A stretch of DNA of 64,000 bases, from the NCBI GenBank assembly GCA_963802345.1, contig CAWDIK010000023.1:145142-209141 (forward strand), given 5' to 3'. The stretch's first letter is position 1. Each line of letters starts with the position of its first letter. The notes under the pieces are model-generated. The model did not search any database and was not told the origin of the DNA. It saw only the letters and a list, made by a program, of their open reading frames with translations. The DNA is from Vicinamibacterales bacterium (lineage in GTDB: Bacteria > Acidobacteriota > Vicinamibacteria > Vicinamibacterales > JAMQPK01). Below are positions 1 through 9,067 of this stretch, in pieces. The position numbers and the translations under genes are program-made.

Positions 1-2
1 GT

Positions 3-341
3 GACGCGAACAACGCCGCGGCGGCCGCCTATCGGTCGTCCGAAGTTCGAACCGTCGCGGGAGACGCGTCGACGAACGGCGCCTTCATCGTTCCGCTGAT
101 CACCAACGACGGATGCGTCGGGGTGTTGTCCGCCGAAATGAAAGCAGGCTGCGAAAAGGACGAGAGCGCGCAGGCGCTCGCCACCATTTTCGCGTCGCAG
201 CTGGCGACGCTCGTCGCGACGCCGTCCGCAGCACCCGCTCCCGGTACCGGTCAAGATCGCCGCGCAGGCCTAGCTGTCCGCATTCGCGAGTGTCACTGTC
301 TACGATCAGTGACGTTTTCTCCCGCAAAATCAACGTTTTAG
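3..341 (+). CDS. 3' end of a CDS truncated by the window edge; GAF-like C-terminal segment with Ala/Pro-rich tail
   Basis: Frame is open from nt 3 to TAG at 339-341 (...FIVPLITNDGCVGVLSAEMKAGCEKDESAQALATIFASQLATLV...). This resembles the end of a GAF sensor domain. No start codon lies in the window. Confidence 0.4.
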   Translation, partial: DANNAAAAAYRSSEVRTVAGDASTNGAFIVPLITNDGCVGVLSAEMKAGCEKDESAQALATIFASQLATLVATPSAAPAPGTGQDRRAGLAVRIRECHCLRSVTFSPAKSTF

Positions 342-492
342 GCGCATTTTTTCCGGCACACCTTTTGGATTAGCTTCCAGGCGGGGTCGCGCCGTATCAC
401 CGGAATGCGCTACAGGCAGGCGCTGGCATCGCCGCATTCCGAGGCTCTTTCACGATGCGTGCTCGGCCCCCTTTTTTCTGGAGGGTGGATTC

Positions 493-858
493 ATGAGGTC
501 CTTTACTCGCGTCCTGGCGGCGTTCTCGCTCGCGCTCACGCTCTCGGCATGCAGCGGCGTCCTGCGGCATCCTGACATCGCGGACGTCAAGCGAAACGCC
601 GGACACTACTCCGACCGGACGGTCACCGTCGACGGAAGGGTGACGAGCTCGTGGGGCGTGCCGCTCATGCCGTTCAAAATGTACAAGGTCGACGACGGCA
701 CCGGCGAGATTACCGTGCTGTCGCGCGGGGGAAACCGCACGCCGTCGCGAGGCAGCCATGTCAAGGTGAAGGGAGTCGTTCGCGACGTGGCCATGTTCAA
801 CGGCATGCCGCTCGGGCTCCATCTCGAAGAGAGAGATCTGGATATAAGAAGAAACTAA
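493..858 (+). CDS. Small lipoprotein, beta-rich (OB-fold-like), function unknown
   Basis: GGAGGG lies 7 nt upstream of the ATG. Signal peptide with lipobox LTLSAC. The mature part (TVTVDGRVTSSWGVPLMPFKMYKVDDGTGEITV...VKVKGVV) looks like an OB/BOF-type barrel. Confidence 0.6.
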   Translation: MRSFTRVLAAFSLALTLSACSGVLRHPDIADVKRNAGHYSDRTVTVDGRVTSSWGVPLMPFKMYKVDDGTGEITVLSRGGNRTPSRGSHVKVKGVVRDVAMFNGMPLGLHLEERDLDIRRN

Positions 859-933
859 CGAAATCGACGACGAAGAACGAATAGAGATTCCAGCGAAAGC
901 GGCTTCTTTCGTTTCGTTTCGTCTTTCGTTACG
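857..933. repeat. Imperfect inverted repeat built from CGAA(A)-type words (family C copy 1); likely bidirectional terminator between convergent genes
   Basis: Left arm AACGAAATCGACGACGAAGAACGAA, right arm TTCGTTTCGTTTCGTCTTTCGTTACG. It overlaps both stop codons. Related copies are at 18151-18203 and 56160-56243. Confidence 0.55.
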
Positions 934-2692
934 CCGTTATTTTCACGGCAACTGCCGTCATGTCGTCCGCGCGGGCGCCCGGCGCCCTGAAGCCTTCAAC
1001 CGCCTCGAACACGCCATCGACGATCGCTTGCGCGGACTGATCCGCAAGCCGATCGACGACCGCGCTGAGCCGCGCCGATCCGAAGTCCTGGCCGGAATCG
1101 TCTTCGGCTTCGTGAATGCCGTCTGTGCAGAACACGTACAGATCGCCGGCTTTCAGATCGAACGTCAACTCCTCGTAAGTCGTGCCGGGAAAGGATCCCA
1201 GCGGCACGCCCGGTAGCTGAACGGTTGACGACACTCCTTCACTGCGCCTGATCGGATACGGCAGGCCCGAATTCGCCATCACGAGTTGACGCTTCTTGAA
1301 GTCGAACGAGGCATAGCACAGCACGCAGAAATATTCTTCGAGCTGCCGCTCGTGCAAGATCGCGTTCATCGACGCGAGCACGCCCGCCGGGCTGGATCGA
1401 ATCGTGGTGAAACGGCGGCGGAACGTACGCGAGCGGACGAGCTCGCCGGCAAAGGCGCCATAGAGCGCCGCCGGCACTCCCTTGCCCGACACATCGCCGA
1501 CGGCAACGACGAGCGTGCCCGGGTCTGGGGTCAGGTAATCGTACAGATCGCCGCCGATCTGCCGCGCCGGCTCGAAACGTGCCGCGAGCTCGATGCCCTT
1601 CAAGCGCTTCGGCGGTTCCGTCGGCAGCAGCGCACTTTGCACGCGGCGCGCAAATTCAATTTCGCGCTCGAGGCGAAGTTCACTCGCTCTGACGGTCTCG
1701 TACAATCGGGCATTCTCGATCGCCACCGCGGCCTGGCTGGCGAGGATGCCGAGGATCTCAGCGTGGCGTTGCGTGAACGCGCCGAGCTCGGGGCTTTCGA
1801 GATCGAACACGCCTAGACACCGGTCTTTCAGCAGCAGCGGCACCACCAGCTCGGATCGGACATCGTCCAGTACCTTGATGTAGCGGGGATCCTTCGACAC
1901 GTCTTCCACGACCAGCGACACCTTGTGCTGGGCGGAGTAGCCGACCAGCCCTTCGCCAATCGCGATATTGAGCATGCTCGTCTTCTCGCCGTACTGCAGC
2001 GCGACCTTCGCCTCGAGCACCTGCGTCGCCTCGTTGACGAGCAGGATGCCGAACGTTCTGTAGTCGATGACGCGCTTGGCGAGAATCGCGATGCGGCTGA
2101 GCAGCTCGTCGAGGTCGAGTATCTCCGCCACTTCGCGCGCGATTTCGGTGAGCGTCTCGAGCGTGTCGGCGTAATCGCGTTCCTGCTCGAACATACGCGC
2201 GTTCGCAAGCGCCTGCGCGATGTGGACCCCGAACTGCGACAGAATCTGTTCGTCGCGCTCGCTGAACGCGCCGATCTTGTCGCTCAGCAGGTTGAGCGCG
2301 CCGAGCACCCGCTTTTTGTGGCGAAGCGGCACGACCAACTGCGCGTTCACCCCGGGAACCAGTCCAAGGTACCGGGGATCCTGGTGAACGTCGTTGACCA
2401 GCATCGCTTTTTCCTCCGCCACCGCCGCCCCGACGATGCCTTCGCCGACCTTGAGCCGGAAGTTCAGCACCATATCCAGCGGATAGCCCTCGGCATACGC
2501 GATCTTCAGAACCTGTCGCTTGTGATCGAGCATGTAGACCGAGAACACCGTGAACGACGTGAGCCTGGCGATAAGCCCGGGGATCCGGCGCAGCAGCTCA
2601 TCGATGTCGAGCACCGCCGATACTTCCCGGCCGAGCTCGAACAACGTGGCGACGAGTTCCTGATCTTGAGGGCGTGCTGCGGTCTCGGACAT
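929..2692 (-). CDS. GAF-GAF-PP2C (SpoIIE/RsbU-type) serine phosphatase
   Basis: 587-aa ORF with two GAF-like blocks (EGIVGAAVAEEKAMLVNDV...; EGLVGYSAQHKVSLVVEDV...). C-terminal PP2C signature GGDLYDY...VAVGDVSGKGVPAAL...FCTDGIHEAED...DDMTAVAVKI. Confidence 0.9.
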   Translation of the reverse strand: MSETAARPQDQELVATLFELGREVSAVLDIDELLRRIPGLIARLTSFTVFSVYMLDHKRQVLKIAYAEGYPLDMVLNFRLKVGEGIVGAAVAEEKAMLVNDVHQDPRYLGLVPGVNAQLVVPLRHKKRVLGALNLLSDKIGAFSERDEQILSQFGVHIAQALANARMFEQERDYADTLETLTEIAREVAEILDLDELLSRIAILAKRVIDYRTFGILLVNEATQVLEAKVALQYGEKTSMLNIAIGEGLVGYSAQHKVSLVVEDVSKDPRYIKVLDDVRSELVVPLLLKDRCLGVFDLESPELGAFTQRHAEILGILASQAAVAIENARLYETVRASELRLEREIEFARRVQSALLPTEPPKRLKGIELAARFEPARQIGGDLYDYLTPDPGTLVVAVGDVSGKGVPAALYGAFAGELVRSRTFRRRFTTIRSSPAGVLASMNAILHERQLEEYFCVLCYASFDFKKRQLVMANSGLPYPIRRSEGVSSTVQLPGVPLGSFPGTTYEELTFDLKAGDLYVFCTDGIHEAEDDSGQDFGSARLSAVVDRLADQSAQAIVDGVFEAVEGFRAPGARADDMTAVAVKITA

Positions 2693-2739
2693 GTGGTGGT
2701 TCAGAGGGCCTGAAGCCGACCTGTATAATACCAGTCTCG

Positions 2740-3186
2740 ATGGACCCGCTGACGCTGCCGCTCGAATACGCGGCGATTGAGAAAATTCTTCCGCATCGCT
2801 ACCCGTTCCTGCTCGTCGATCGCATCATCGAGTTGGAAATGGACAAGCGGATCGTCGGCGTGAAGAACATTTCGTCGAACGAGCCCTATCTGATGCGCTC
2901 GCCGTCGGGTCCGATGGTGCTGCCGCCGACGATCCTGACGGAGGTGATCGCGCAGGTGGGCGCCATCCTGATTCTCGCGAAGCCGGAGAATCAGCAGAAG
3001 CTTCCGTTCTTTGCCGGCATCGAGCGCGTTCGCTATCGGAAGCCGGTCCATCCTGGCGATGTCGTCGTCATCGAAGTGATCGTGAAGCGGCTGCGGAGCC
3101 GGATGGGGGTACTCGCCGGCAATGCCAGAGTGGACGGCAAGCTGGTCGTCGAAGGCACGATGACGTTCGCGCTCGGACCCAGGTGA
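2740..3186 (+). CDS. fabZ: 3-hydroxyacyl-ACP dehydratase FabZ
   Basis: ILPHRYPFLLVDRIIELE...GVKNIS.NEPY...PGDVVVIEV...ARVDGKLVVEGTMTFAL is the canonical FabZ hot-dog fold. An internal ATG at 2740 is preferred over the ORF-track start at 2674, which overlaps the divergent gene. Confidence 0.9.
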   Translation: MDPLTLPLEYAAIEKILPHRYPFLLVDRIIELEMDKRIVGVKNISSNEPYLMRSPSGPMVLPPTILTEVIAQVGAILILAKPENQQKLPFFAGIERVRYRKPVHPGDVVVIEVIVKRLRSRMGVLAGNARVDGKLVVEGTMTFALGPR

Positions 3187-3188
3187 GC

Positions 3189-3232
3189 CTGAATCTGGAT
3201 CTAGATCATGATTCCAGTTTTCAGATTCATTC
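3189..3232. repeat. AT-rich imperfect hairpin of GAATCTGGA / TCCAG..TCAGATTC words (family D copy 1) between convergent genes
   Basis: CTGAATCTGGATCTAGATCATGATTCCAGTTTTCAGATTCA. It is related to 32701-32766 (AGAATCTGGAGATTTCAGATTCCAGATTCT). Confidence 0.45.
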
Positions 3233-3236
3233 TCAG

Positions 3237-3833
3237 TTATTTAATCACGAGAGCCACGCTTCCCATCTTCACACCGCGCGAGGTCCATGTCGCCCAGCGC
3301 GCGTCCGGGTTGAAATAGCGATACATATCGAGGAGCGCGGGCGCGAGCACCATCGCGCCGATCCAGCGCTCGTCGATGCGCCGCGACGACGCCATCCCGC
3401 GCGTGTCGCGTTCGTACGGCCCGGTTTTGCCGAACGCCGCGCCTGCATAGACGAGCGACGTCGCCACGTGGAACGTCAGCATTCCTTTGCGGAACGGGCT
3501 CTCCTCGTCCTTCAGGTTCGGATGGTGCGTGAGAATCTGCTCGCTGTAGAGATACTGCGCCCAGAAGCCGGCCGACGACACGACGTACTCGCGGCGCGGC
3601 GAGAGATCGGGCGCGTGGGAGAGCGCGAAAAACGGAATGCCCTTGTAGCTGACTCTCTTGACTTTCACTGGCTCTTCGAACGCCCAGTTCGCGACGAGAT
3701 GACCACCTTCATGCAGGCCGAGGCCGGCCGCGCCGCCCAGCAGCACCTTGCCGAATCTGGACGCCGTGGATTCCTCCTGCGCCAGCGCAGGTGAAGCGAA
3801 AAGAAGTGCGAGGACGATGATTAGCCGCGCCAC
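3237..3833 (-). CDS. Secreted/membrane-associated hypothetical protein with an HExxH motif
   Basis: Signal peptide MARLIIVLALLFASPALAQEE. LHEGGHLV (H-E-x-x-H) lies near the N-terminus of the mature part. I do not recognise a family. Confidence 0.55.
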   Translation of the reverse strand: MARLIIVLALLFASPALAQEESTASRFGKVLLGGAAGLGLHEGGHLVANWAFEEPVKVKRVSYKGIPFFALSHAPDLSPRREYVVSSAGFWAQYLYSEQILTHHPNLKDEESPFRKGMLTFHVATSLVYAGAAFGKTGPYERDTRGMASSRRIDERWIGAMVLAPALLDMYRYFNPDARWATWTSRGVKMGSVALVIK

Positions 3834-4774
3834 AGGACCCGTCCGAGACGCGAGTGGTACGCAGTGAACTCCCCTTCGCCGTCCTCGGCGAGCGCCTGTT
3901 TTACCTGATTGATCTTGGCGTCGAGGTCGTCCGCAGCCGAAAGAATCATCGCTTCGATCGTCATCGGCTCAACCGGCGCACCGAATTCCTTGTGGCCGTG
4001 GTGGGACACGATCAGGTGTTCGATCTGCGTGCGCAGCACGTCGGGAAAATCCGGAATGGCCGCCATCGTCGCGCGCGCCATCATCACGCCGAGCGTCACG
4101 TGGCCGACCAGATTGCCTTCTCGCGTGTAGCTGGTCGAGCGGTCGTACTCGAGCTCTTCGAGCTTTCCGATATCGTGCAGCAGCGCGCCGGCCGTCAACA
4201 GATCCTGGTTCGCGCCGTATGCCGCGCCAAGCGTGAGCGCTGAGCGCGCTACCGAGAGAATGTGCTCGAGAAACCCCGACCGATACGCGTGGTGCACCGT
4301 CAGCGCGGCAGGCCAGATCCGCAGTTTCCCGGCATGTTCGGCGGTGATTCGCTGCAGAAGCTCGCGCACGAACGGATCGCGGACGTGGAGGATCAGCTCA
4401 TCGAGCTCTTTCCACATCTCCTCGACCGGCCGCGGCGCGGACAAGACGCAGTCCTCTTCGCGAAAACCCTGACCGCGATCCTGATCGGGGTTCACGCGGC
4501 GGATATTTTCGATGACGAGCTGCAGCCGGCCATTGAACAGCTCGGTCCTGCCCTGCACTTTGACGAAGTCGCCGCTGTCGAACTCCTCGCGCAGGCGTGC
4601 CGCCTCGTTGAAGATGCGCGCCCGTACCAGACCGGTGCGGTCCTGCAGTGACACCGCGATAAACAGCTCCCCGCCTCGGCCTTGCCGGACGTCCTTCTGG
4701 GTGCAGAGGAAGAATCCCCATCCCCCCAATTCGGGAGTCAACACACGGATATTGGGGAACCGGGGCGAAGACAT
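3821..4774 (-). CDS. OB-fold + HD-domain 3'-5' exoribonuclease, YhaM-like
   Basis: N-terminal OB segment (FIAVSLQDRTGLVRARIF...FVKVQGRTELFNGRLQLVI) followed by an HD domain (HHAYRSGFLEHILSV...LLHDIGK...VSHHG). Confidence 0.8.
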   Translation of the reverse strand: MSSPRFPNIRVLTPELGGWGFFLCTQKDVRQGRGGELFIAVSLQDRTGLVRARIFNEAARLREEFDSGDFVKVQGRTELFNGRLQLVIENIRRVNPDQDRGQGFREEDCVLSAPRPVEEMWKELDELILHVRDPFVRELLQRITAEHAGKLRIWPAALTVHHAYRSGFLEHILSVARSALTLGAAYGANQDLLTAGALLHDIGKLEELEYDRSTSYTREGNLVGHVTLGVMMARATMAAIPDFPDVLRTQIEHLIVSHHGHKEFGAPVEPMTIEAMILSAADDLDAKINQVKQALAEDGEGEFTAYHSRLGRVLWRG

Positions 4775-4855
4775 GCGCGTTCATCATATCGAATCCGGTA
4801 GTGCGATTCCGGCCATCTGCCCGAGCAGCCGATTCGCGATACAATTAAAGCTCAC

Positions 4856-5461
4856 ATGTCGAAGCTCGCACTTGTCACGATCGCGCTTGCCGGCGCTCTC
4901 GCCGTGAGCGCATGCTCGAACAATCAGGGCACCAGTGCCCCCGCAGGGGGCGACGCGACCAATGCCGGCGCGGCGGGTAGCCCATCGGCAGCGCAGTCTG
5001 CCGCGGCGACGCCTGAGCCGGATTATCCGCAGCCGGCCGTCGTCATTCCGCCCCGTCCGAAACCCGGCGCGCCGCACGGTCCCGGCTTCGATATGCCGCT
5101 CATCGATGTCGAGGGCTACATGCCCGCGCGTCCGATGGACGTGCTGAAAGACGCGCACGTGTTCACCGCGGACCACCCCGAAGTCGCCAGTTATGTTCCG
5201 TGTTACTGCGGATGCGGAAGTGCAGGCCATAAGAACAACGCCGATTGCTTCGTCAAAGGGCGCGACCCCGAAGGACGCGTCACCGAGTGGGAGCCCCACG
5301 GCGTATCCTGCGCCGTCTGCATCGATATCGCGGTCGACTCGATGAAGATGAGAAATTCCGGCGCGTCGGTGATGGCGATTCGGAAAAAGGTGCAGGGCGA
5401 CTACCGCGCGCGCTTCCAGAGCAGCGAGACGCCGACGCCGCCTCCAGTTCAGGGCAAATAA
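4856..5461 (+). CDS. PCYCGC motif-containing lipoprotein
   Basis: Lipobox ALAVSAC, a Pro/Ala-rich linker, then VPCYCGCGSAGHKNNADCF...HGVSCAVC. This is the PCYCGC-family signature. Confidence 0.8.
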   Translation: MSKLALVTIALAGALAVSACSNNQGTSAPAGGDATNAGAAGSPSAAQSAAATPEPDYPQPAVVIPPRPKPGAPHGPGFDMPLIDVEGYMPARPMDVLKDAHVFTADHPEVASYVPCYCGCGSAGHKNNADCFVKGRDPEGRVTEWEPHGVSCAVCIDIAVDSMKMRNSGASVMAIRKKVQGDYRARFQSSETPTPPPVQGK

Positions 5462-5463
5462 CT

Positions 5464-6993
5464 TTGCATGAGCACCGCGCCGACGCCTTCGCAAGGCTGT
5501 TCGAGGCGGTCCACGAAGGCGTCTACATCGGTCTGCTCGGCCCACGAGAGACCACTACCCTCGCGGCCAACCCGTATCTCAAAGTGATGTTCGGCTACGC
5601 GGCCGAAGCGCGCGATGGGCAGATCCGCCCATTCGACGCCCCGCGATTTGTCGATCCTCAGGCGCGGGTCGCCTTCATCGAACGGCTCGCCTCGGAAGGC
5701 GCCGTCACCGACTACTTGCTGCGTCTGCGCCGCGTCGACAACTCGCCGGTCTGGGTCGAGGTGACGGCACACGCCGATTCGCCGTCGCAGGATGGATCGG
5801 TCCGCATCGATGCTCTCGTCCGTGATGTCAGCGAGCGCAAGAAACTCGAAGACCAGACCCGCGACCTGTATCACCAGCTCCTGCAGGCCGAGAAGCTGGC
5901 GGCGCTCGGCCAGACGATTTCCGGCGTCGCGCACGAGCTGAACAACCCGCTCGCCACGATCCTGACGTGGGCCGAACGGCTGTCGCAGCGCCCGCCTTCT
6001 GAAATCGACGAGAAGACGAAGCGCGGCCTCGAGACGATCCTCAGCGAGTCGGAGCGCGCGGCGAAGATCGTCCGCAATCTCCTGACGTTCGCGCGCAAGC
6101 GGCAGTCGACGCGCGCGATGGTCGACCTGAATCATGTCGTGCGCGAGACCCTCTCGCTGCGATCGTACGAGCAGCGCATCACGAACATCACCATCGTCGA
6201 TGCGCTCGCGTCGGGACTGCCCCAGGTGTTCGCCGATGCGCACCAGGTTCAACAAGTCCTGCTGAATCTCATCATCAACGCAGAGCAGGCGATGCTCACG
6301 GCGAATGGCCGTGGCACTCTCGTCGTGCGCAGCTGGCACGACCTCGAGCGAGAGTCGATCGTCCTCGAGATCAACGACGACGGCCCCGGGATAAAGGAAG
6401 ATCTGCAGCCGAAAATCTTCGACCCGTTCTTCACGACGAAGGAGGTCGGCAAGGGCACGGGGCTCGGGTTGACCGTCGCGTACGCAATCGTGCAGGAGCA
6501 CGGCGGCCGTATCCGCCTGGCATCGAATCCGGGATCCGGGGCTTCGTTCTACGTGGAGCTTCCGCTCAGCGGCACGCCGCTGCAGCGGCCTTCACTGGCG
6601 GCGCAGAAGTCCGACTTCGACTCGCTGGCAGGGTCGACGGTCCTGGTCGTGGAAGATGAGCCGGCACTCGCAGCCGCCGTCACAGAGGCGCTGATCGACG
6701 CCGGGTTCGTGGTCGATCGCGCCGGCGACGGCGAAGAAGCGCTCCGCCGCGTCGCCGCCAAGCCGTACGATCTGATTGTGTGTGACTTGAAGATGCCGAA
6801 GGTCGACGGCATCCGATTCTTTCAAAAATTGTCCGCGTTGCACCCCGACGCGGCGCGCCGCGTCATGTTCGTCACCGGAGACGTGGCCGGCACCGATGCC
6901 GAACGATTTCTGCAGGACAGCGGCTGCCCCTGGCTCGCCAAGCCATTCAGGCTCGGCGATCTCCTCCGAACCGCGCGCGACATTCTTACCTGA
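5464..6993 (+). CDS. Hybrid sensor histidine kinase (PAS - HisKA - HATPase_c - REC)
   Basis: H-box AALGQTISGVAHELNNPLATI, N/G boxes (LLNLIINAEQA, DDGPGI, GTGLGLTVAYAIVQEHGG) and receiver (VLVVEDEP...DLIVCDLKMPKVDG). The ORF-track start at 5245 overlaps the upstream gene. An in-frame TTG at 5464 directly after that gene's stop is proposed, but the start is uncertain. Confidence 0.85.
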   Translation: MHEHRADAFARLFEAVHEGVYIGLLGPRETTTLAANPYLKVMFGYAAEARDGQIRPFDAPRFVDPQARVAFIERLASEGAVTDYLLRLRRVDNSPVWVEVTAHADSPSQDGSVRIDALVRDVSERKKLEDQTRDLYHQLLQAEKLAALGQTISGVAHELNNPLATILTWAERLSQRPPSEIDEKTKRGLETILSESERAAKIVRNLLTFARKRQSTRAMVDLNHVVRETLSLRSYEQRITNITIVDALASGLPQVFADAHQVQQVLLNLIINAEQAMLTANGRGTLVVRSWHDLERESIVLEINDDGPGIKEDLQPKIFDPFFTTKEVGKGTGLGLTVAYAIVQEHGGRIRLASNPGSGASFYVELPLSGTPLQRPSLAAQKSDFDSLAGSTVLVVEDEPALAAAVTEALIDAGFVVDRAGDGEEALRRVAAKPYDLIVCDLKMPKVDGIRFFQKLSALHPDAARRVMFVTGDVAGTDAERFLQDSGCPWLAKPFRLGDLLRTARDILT

Positions 6994-7045
6994 AAAAGCG
7001 AACGGCCTTCCACATACGGGAGGGCCGTTCCGGTTGCCGGCCGAC

Positions 7046-7987
7046 TTATCGCGCCGCCGCCACCGCCACACTCGACGTGCGCGGCGTGACATGCGCGGCA
7101 ACGTACTTCTTCGGTCGTACTGGCGTGATGTTGACCACGACCGCGGGGGCCTTCGCCGCAACCGCTGCCGGGATAGTGACCGCCGCAGCCGGACGCTGCA
7201 GCGCCGCCTTGGCCATCACCGGCTTCTGATGGAACGCGAGCACCGCGCTCTTGAGCGCGCTCATCGCTTCGGCCGGCGCCATGTCGGCGAGCACGACGCG
7301 AAGCCGTTTGATCGCCCGCGCGTGCAGCTGCGAGACGCGCGACTCGTTGACGCCGATCTCGGCGCCGATCTGCTTCATCGTGACGTCGCCATAGTAGTAA
7401 AGCGTAATGACCTTCTGTTCGCGGGGCGGCAGCGACCCGATCGCGGCGCGCACCTTGTCCTGCATTTCGCAGCGCTCGTAGGCGGCGTCCGGTGCCTCGG
7501 GCTCGGAGGGCACCAGCGCCGTCGGCAGACACGCTTCGTCGACGGTCTCGCTGGTGGCGAGCGGCGACGTGGATTCGATGGTGTGGATGCGGACGATTGT
7601 GCGGCCCAGGCGCTTTTCGTCGGTGCCGACCTTCGCGGCCAGGTCAGAAAGCGACGGTTCGTGGCCCAGCTCCCGGCGCAGCGTCTCGCGCGCCGCCTCG
7701 AGCTCGCGTCTCACGCGGCGAACGCCCCGCGGCCACGCATCACGGCGAAGCGCGTCGATCATCGCGCCTCGAATGCGCCGTTCGGCGAAGGTCTCGAACT
7801 TGATGCCTCGTGCCTCGTCGAATCGATGGGCGGCGTCGATCAACCCGATCACGCCGTCCTGAACAAGGTCTCCCACGTCAATCGAGTGGGGCATCGTCGA
7901 CGCCATGCGGCGTGCGAGAGCTTCCACGAAGGGCAATCCGTTAACGATGCGACGGCTTTGAGCGGCAGGCATTGGTTGGGCGCGCAT
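7046..7987 (-). CDS. Group-3 (FliA/WhiG-like) RNA polymerase sigma factor with ~90-aa Ala/Val/Pro-rich C-terminal extension
   Basis: Region 2 DLVQDGVIGLIDAAHRFDEARGIKFETFAERRIRGAMIDALR; region 4 LPPREQKVITLYYYGDVTMKQIGAEIGVNESRVSQLHARAIKRLR. The start is placed at the ATG at 7987, preceded by AGGAGCC. Confidence 0.85.
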   Translation of the reverse strand: MRAQPMPAAQSRRIVNGLPFVEALARRMASTMPHSIDVGDLVQDGVIGLIDAAHRFDEARGIKFETFAERRIRGAMIDALRRDAWPRGVRRVRRELEAARETLRRELGHEPSLSDLAAKVGTDEKRLGRTIVRIHTIESTSPLATSETVDEACLPTALVPSEPEAPDAAYERCEMQDKVRAAIGSLPPREQKVITLYYYGDVTMKQIGAEIGVNESRVSQLHARAIKRLRVVLADMAPAEAMSALKSAVLAFHQKPVMAKAALQRPAAAVTIPAAVAAKAPAVVVNITPVRPKKYVAAHVTPRTSSVAVAAAR

Positions 7988-8414
7988 TTCGTTTTTGGCT
8001 CCTGAAAGGCCGGTTTGTCCGGCAACGGGCGGGTGTATCGCAATCGGAGGTACCAATATCGACACAAAGAAAAAGCGAACCGATGTCGCTGGGGCTGCTG
8101 AAACGGTAAGTTGCTCTGGAGCAACTATTTAACGGTCTGGTCAGGAGGCGAACGGAGTCGAAAATCGGTCTATGTACCGCCCGCGAACAGCCAATTTTTT
8201 GACGAACAGCGACGATCTCGTCAAAATGATGGCAATTTCTGATCACAGTTTTGGGTGTTACAAGTTGCAATTCTGCACAGCGCAAAATGCGGGGAGTGGA
8301 CGCGTACGGGTGTAAGTGGAAGGGGAAAGGGGGGATCTGGCACTTACCCTCGGGCAGTACCGCTTTGGAACGTTCGCGGCGTGTTCAACCTGCCCGAGTG
8401 TCTGACTTTGGTAA

Positions 8415-8672
8415 TCAGGCTTCCGAAGCCCTCTCCCCCATCTGCATGCGGATTTCTTTGGCGGTTCCCATTGCGTCGAGCACGCTGCTGACCACCTGAG
8501 TCGCGCGCGAACGGCTCGTCTCGTCCGCCGCCTTCTTCTCCAGGAGCTCGGCATGGGCGAGGATGATGCCGAGCTGGTTGTTCAGCTGGTGAAAGAGCTG
8601 GCGAAGTTCCCGCGGCTGATCCATAGCGCCCCGTTCGAGCAGATCTGCAACCGAGTACGACCGGCGATCCAT
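8415..8672 (-). CDS. 85-aa stand-alone HisKA/DHp-like protein (H-box only, no ATPase domain)
   Basis: GGAG lies 5 nt upstream of the ATG. LRQLFHQLNNQLGIILAHAELL matches the histidine-kinase H-box pattern (compare VAHELNNPLATI in the kinase at 5464-6993). The rest is predicted helical. Confidence 0.55.
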   Translation of the reverse strand: MDRRSYSVADLLERGAMDQPRELRQLFHQLNNQLGIILAHAELLEKKAADETSRSRATQVVSSVLDAMGTAKEIRMQMGERASEA

Positions 8673-8720
8673 TTTAACTCCGCGGTTTTCGAGAGTAGCC
8701 CGATGACAGCGACGCGAGCG

Positions 8721-8915
8721 TCAGTGCTGAATCTGGCTGTCTTCGGTTTCCTGGGGTCTTTTCCACAAGGAGTCGGCGAAGATGCGGACCGACCCGCCTG
8801 CAGTACGCACGTACTGAACCTTGCCCCCGGCCATCCAGTTGTAAATCGTGCGCCGGCTCACCCCTACGACTTCGCAGGCCTTCATGATTGAGAGCGTCTG
8901 TCTTTCGATATCCAC
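8721..8915 (-). CDS. Excisionase/MerR-type helix-turn-helix DNA-binding protein (64 aa)
   Basis: LSIMKACEVVGVSRRTIYNWMAGGKVQYVRTAGGSVRIFADSL. A GTG start at 8915 is preceded by GGGAGG. The longer ORF-track N-terminus is a translation of a repeat element. Confidence 0.65.
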   Translation of the reverse strand: MDIERQTLSIMKACEVVGVSRRTIYNWMAGGKVQYVRTAGGSVRIFADSLWKRPQETEDSQIQH

Positions 8916-9003
8916 TGTTGTTCCTCCCTCAAAATCCCTATCGGTGCGGGGTTTACAACTCTGTAGGCCTTTGCTCATGGGCGTCACGATGTTGGCGCAA
9001 CCG

Positions 9004-9044
9004 CCCCACTTTTTACTTTTAACTTTCCACTTTCCACTTTCCAT
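9004..9044. repeat. ACTTT(C/T)C word microsatellite-like element (family B copy 1)
   Basis: CCCCACTTTTTACTTTTAACTTTCCACTTTCCACTTTCCAT. It is about 80 percent identical by eye to 48671-48720. Confidence 0.55.
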
Positions 9045-9067
9045 GTCAAAGTATTGACGCTTCCTAA

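Noticed and set aside
5245-5463. Upstream part of the histidine-kinase ORF overlapping the PCYCGC lipoprotein gene
   Set aside because: It overlaps a well-supported gene in another frame and has an Arg-rich composition. The PAS region begins right after 5464.
8336-8352. TGGCAC hexamer as a possible sigma-54 -24 element near the NtrC-like gene
   Set aside because: No GC dinucleotide lies at the required GG-N10-GC spacing (the sequence is TGGCACTTACCCTCGG), and there is no downstream plus-strand gene.
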